Source of the DNA: the human T2T-CHM13v2.0 reference genome, Homo sapiens
DNA length: 64,000 bases
NCBI RefSeq assembly: GCF_009914755.1
Contig: NC_060936.1
Direction: 5' to 3' (one strand)
Shown: positions 62,137 through 64,000 of the stretch, in pieces
Numbering within the stretch: position 1 is the stretch's first letter
Layout of the letters: every line of letters begins with the position of its first letter
Notes under the pieces: model-generated
Database searches by the model: none
Told to the model about the DNA's origin: nothing
What the model saw: only the letters and a program-made list of their open reading frames with translations
Translations under genes and position numbers: made by a program

Positions 62137-62976
62137 GCTGCCATGCATGAAGAGTGATAGGTGGGATATAGCGCTCTAACAGAAAATATGAGACACCTGG
62201 TTTGAGGGTGAGGAAGAATCAAAACCACACAACACACAAGTGCAGGTTCATTGCCCATGTCAGGAGTTGTAGTTGCAGGGCTCCGCAGGGATGTATCCAA
62301 GAACCCCCTGAGATTCTCTCCCGAGACAAAGAGAGGAATCATCTACACTACCTTTTTCTGTGCTGATTTTCTCATCTGAGTTCAGTTGGAGCCAAAGGAA
62401 AAAGAAAAATTTTAGCTTTGCATAAAATTCAAAAATTTTGTTATTATATAGATTTAGGAATTTGAATTCCTGAAATGACACATTCCCGTGACTGAACATG
62501 ACTAAGAGACGATTATCTGAGAATTACTTACATAATTGGAGACTCCGGGGAAGCAGGTGAAGAGCAAGACTATATATCCAATTTAGAGGGAAATTGAGGG
62601 AAACCTTGGTCATAAACTTACACGGCAGTATTTGAATTATTCTAATTGTTTTGGTTACATAAATAGAATTCTGTAGTCTTGAGAAACAATAATTCTCATA
62701 CAAATGTAGCCTTCTAATCTGAATTCTGTTAAAACTACCAATAACCACTAATCTCTTCTAGTTTTAATCTTCTGGTTTATCATTTTTGTGAATTTGAGAA
62801 TAAAGTACTCTGATCGTTATATGTCACTCTTCTATTCATTATTTTTATAAAAATATAAATATTTGATTTCTCTAACATTGCCTATAATTTTTTAATGTCA
62901 GCATTATATAATAAAATACATTCTCCATAAAGTTACAAATATCAAATAAAAACATATACACATATGTATACATACA

Positions 62977-63273
62977 TTTTTTTTTTTTTTTGAGACTGAG
63001 TTTCACTCTTATTGCCCAGGCTGGGGTGTAATGGCATGATCTCGGCTCACCACAACCTCCGCCTCCCGGCTTCAAGTGATTCTCTTGCTTCAGCCTTCCT
63101 GAGTAGCTGGGATTACAGGCATGCACTACCATGCCCGGCTAATTTTGTATTTTTAGTAGAGATGGGGTTTCTCCATGTTGGTCAGGCTGATCTCGAACTC
63201 CTGACCTCAGATGATCCGCCCGCCTCAGCCTCCCAAAGTGCTGGGATTACAGGTGTGAGCCACCACATCTGGC
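62977..63273 (-). mobile_element. AluS
   Basis: Antisense dimer. Confidence 0.9.
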
Positions 63274-64000
63274 AAATAAAAATATAATTACTATAAAGTT
63301 CATATATAGTATTATGTTTAAAATGGTATGCCACTTTATATTTTGGCTTTAAGTTATTGGTCCTGTGACTGAACTTTGGCTTCTTTCTCTTTTGTAAGAA
63401 ATATTGTAGAGCATACATAATGATGTGGGTACAAAGTTAGAAGATGTGTTCAAGGAAGGCATTCCAAAGGAGGTGTCATTTGAGTAATGTCAAATGAGCG
63501 ACGTTTGACGTAGAGAGTCTCTAAAATATTTGAGCAAGGAACTGTTCAAATAGTGGACAGTCTCTACAACCTAAGACTGAATGGTTTGTTTGAGAAGTAG
63601 CATTGGGGCTAGATCAGAGGGAGGGACTGAGCAGAAATAGGTAGAAATAAAGACAGAGAAATTGTCAGGGAAACAAGAGTGTAGTAGATATTATTCAAGG
63701 TAGGTTGATGTATTCGTGAATGTCCAGGCAGGAAAACAAATTCTGTGCCAAGTCATTACATAGAGGGAAGTTAACAGAGGAGGGTATTTATCAAACAGTT
63801 GGAGAAATCTAAGAGTCCGTCAGGAGAAAGAAGACAATTCAGATATGGGCAAAACAGAAAGCTGGTACTATTCCCAGAGCTAGAGGAAACAAGGGAGCAG
63901 GTGGGTTTACCAGAACCACTTGATGGGGACTGGCACCACAGTGGCTGGTGCCTGCCACGAGGCAGTTGCTATTTGGCAGCAGTTCAAACAACATAGCATG

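Overview
Human genomic DNA (Alu/L1/LTR-rich) from the natural killer gene complex on 12p13. The window opens with the last two exons and 3' UTR of GABARAPL1 (+ strand; exon 3 at 1174-1292, exon 4 CDS at 2521-2586, poly(A) signal 3837-3842). About 60 kb of nominally intergenic sequence follows toward KLRD1, whose coding exons I do not see here. Almost all ORFs in the supplied track are repeat artefacts. The main hidden structure, invisible to the ORF track because its exons are short, is a spliced minus-strand gene for a type II C-type lectin-like inhibitory receptor. It has an ATG exon (53335-53254), an ITIM exon (52381-52286, IIYSDL), a transmembrane exon (51160-51077) and a stalk exon (43410-43336). 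All four are open, phase-compatible and have GT-AG sites. They are followed by a disrupted CTLD exon (43070-42925) and possibly two much more decayed CTLD exons near 39.5-39.9 kb. Spliced as they stand, they encode a 120-aa ITIM-bearing membrane protein without a lectin domain. Other notable items: a solo LTR12C facing the GABARAPL1 3' end, a full-length THE1 element, two candidate L1 3' transductions, two twin-primed L1s, fossil hAT transposase and ERVL integrase fragments, and candidate CTCF and ETS/RUNX sites. Repeat subfamily calls come from memory of consensus sequences, not from a search.
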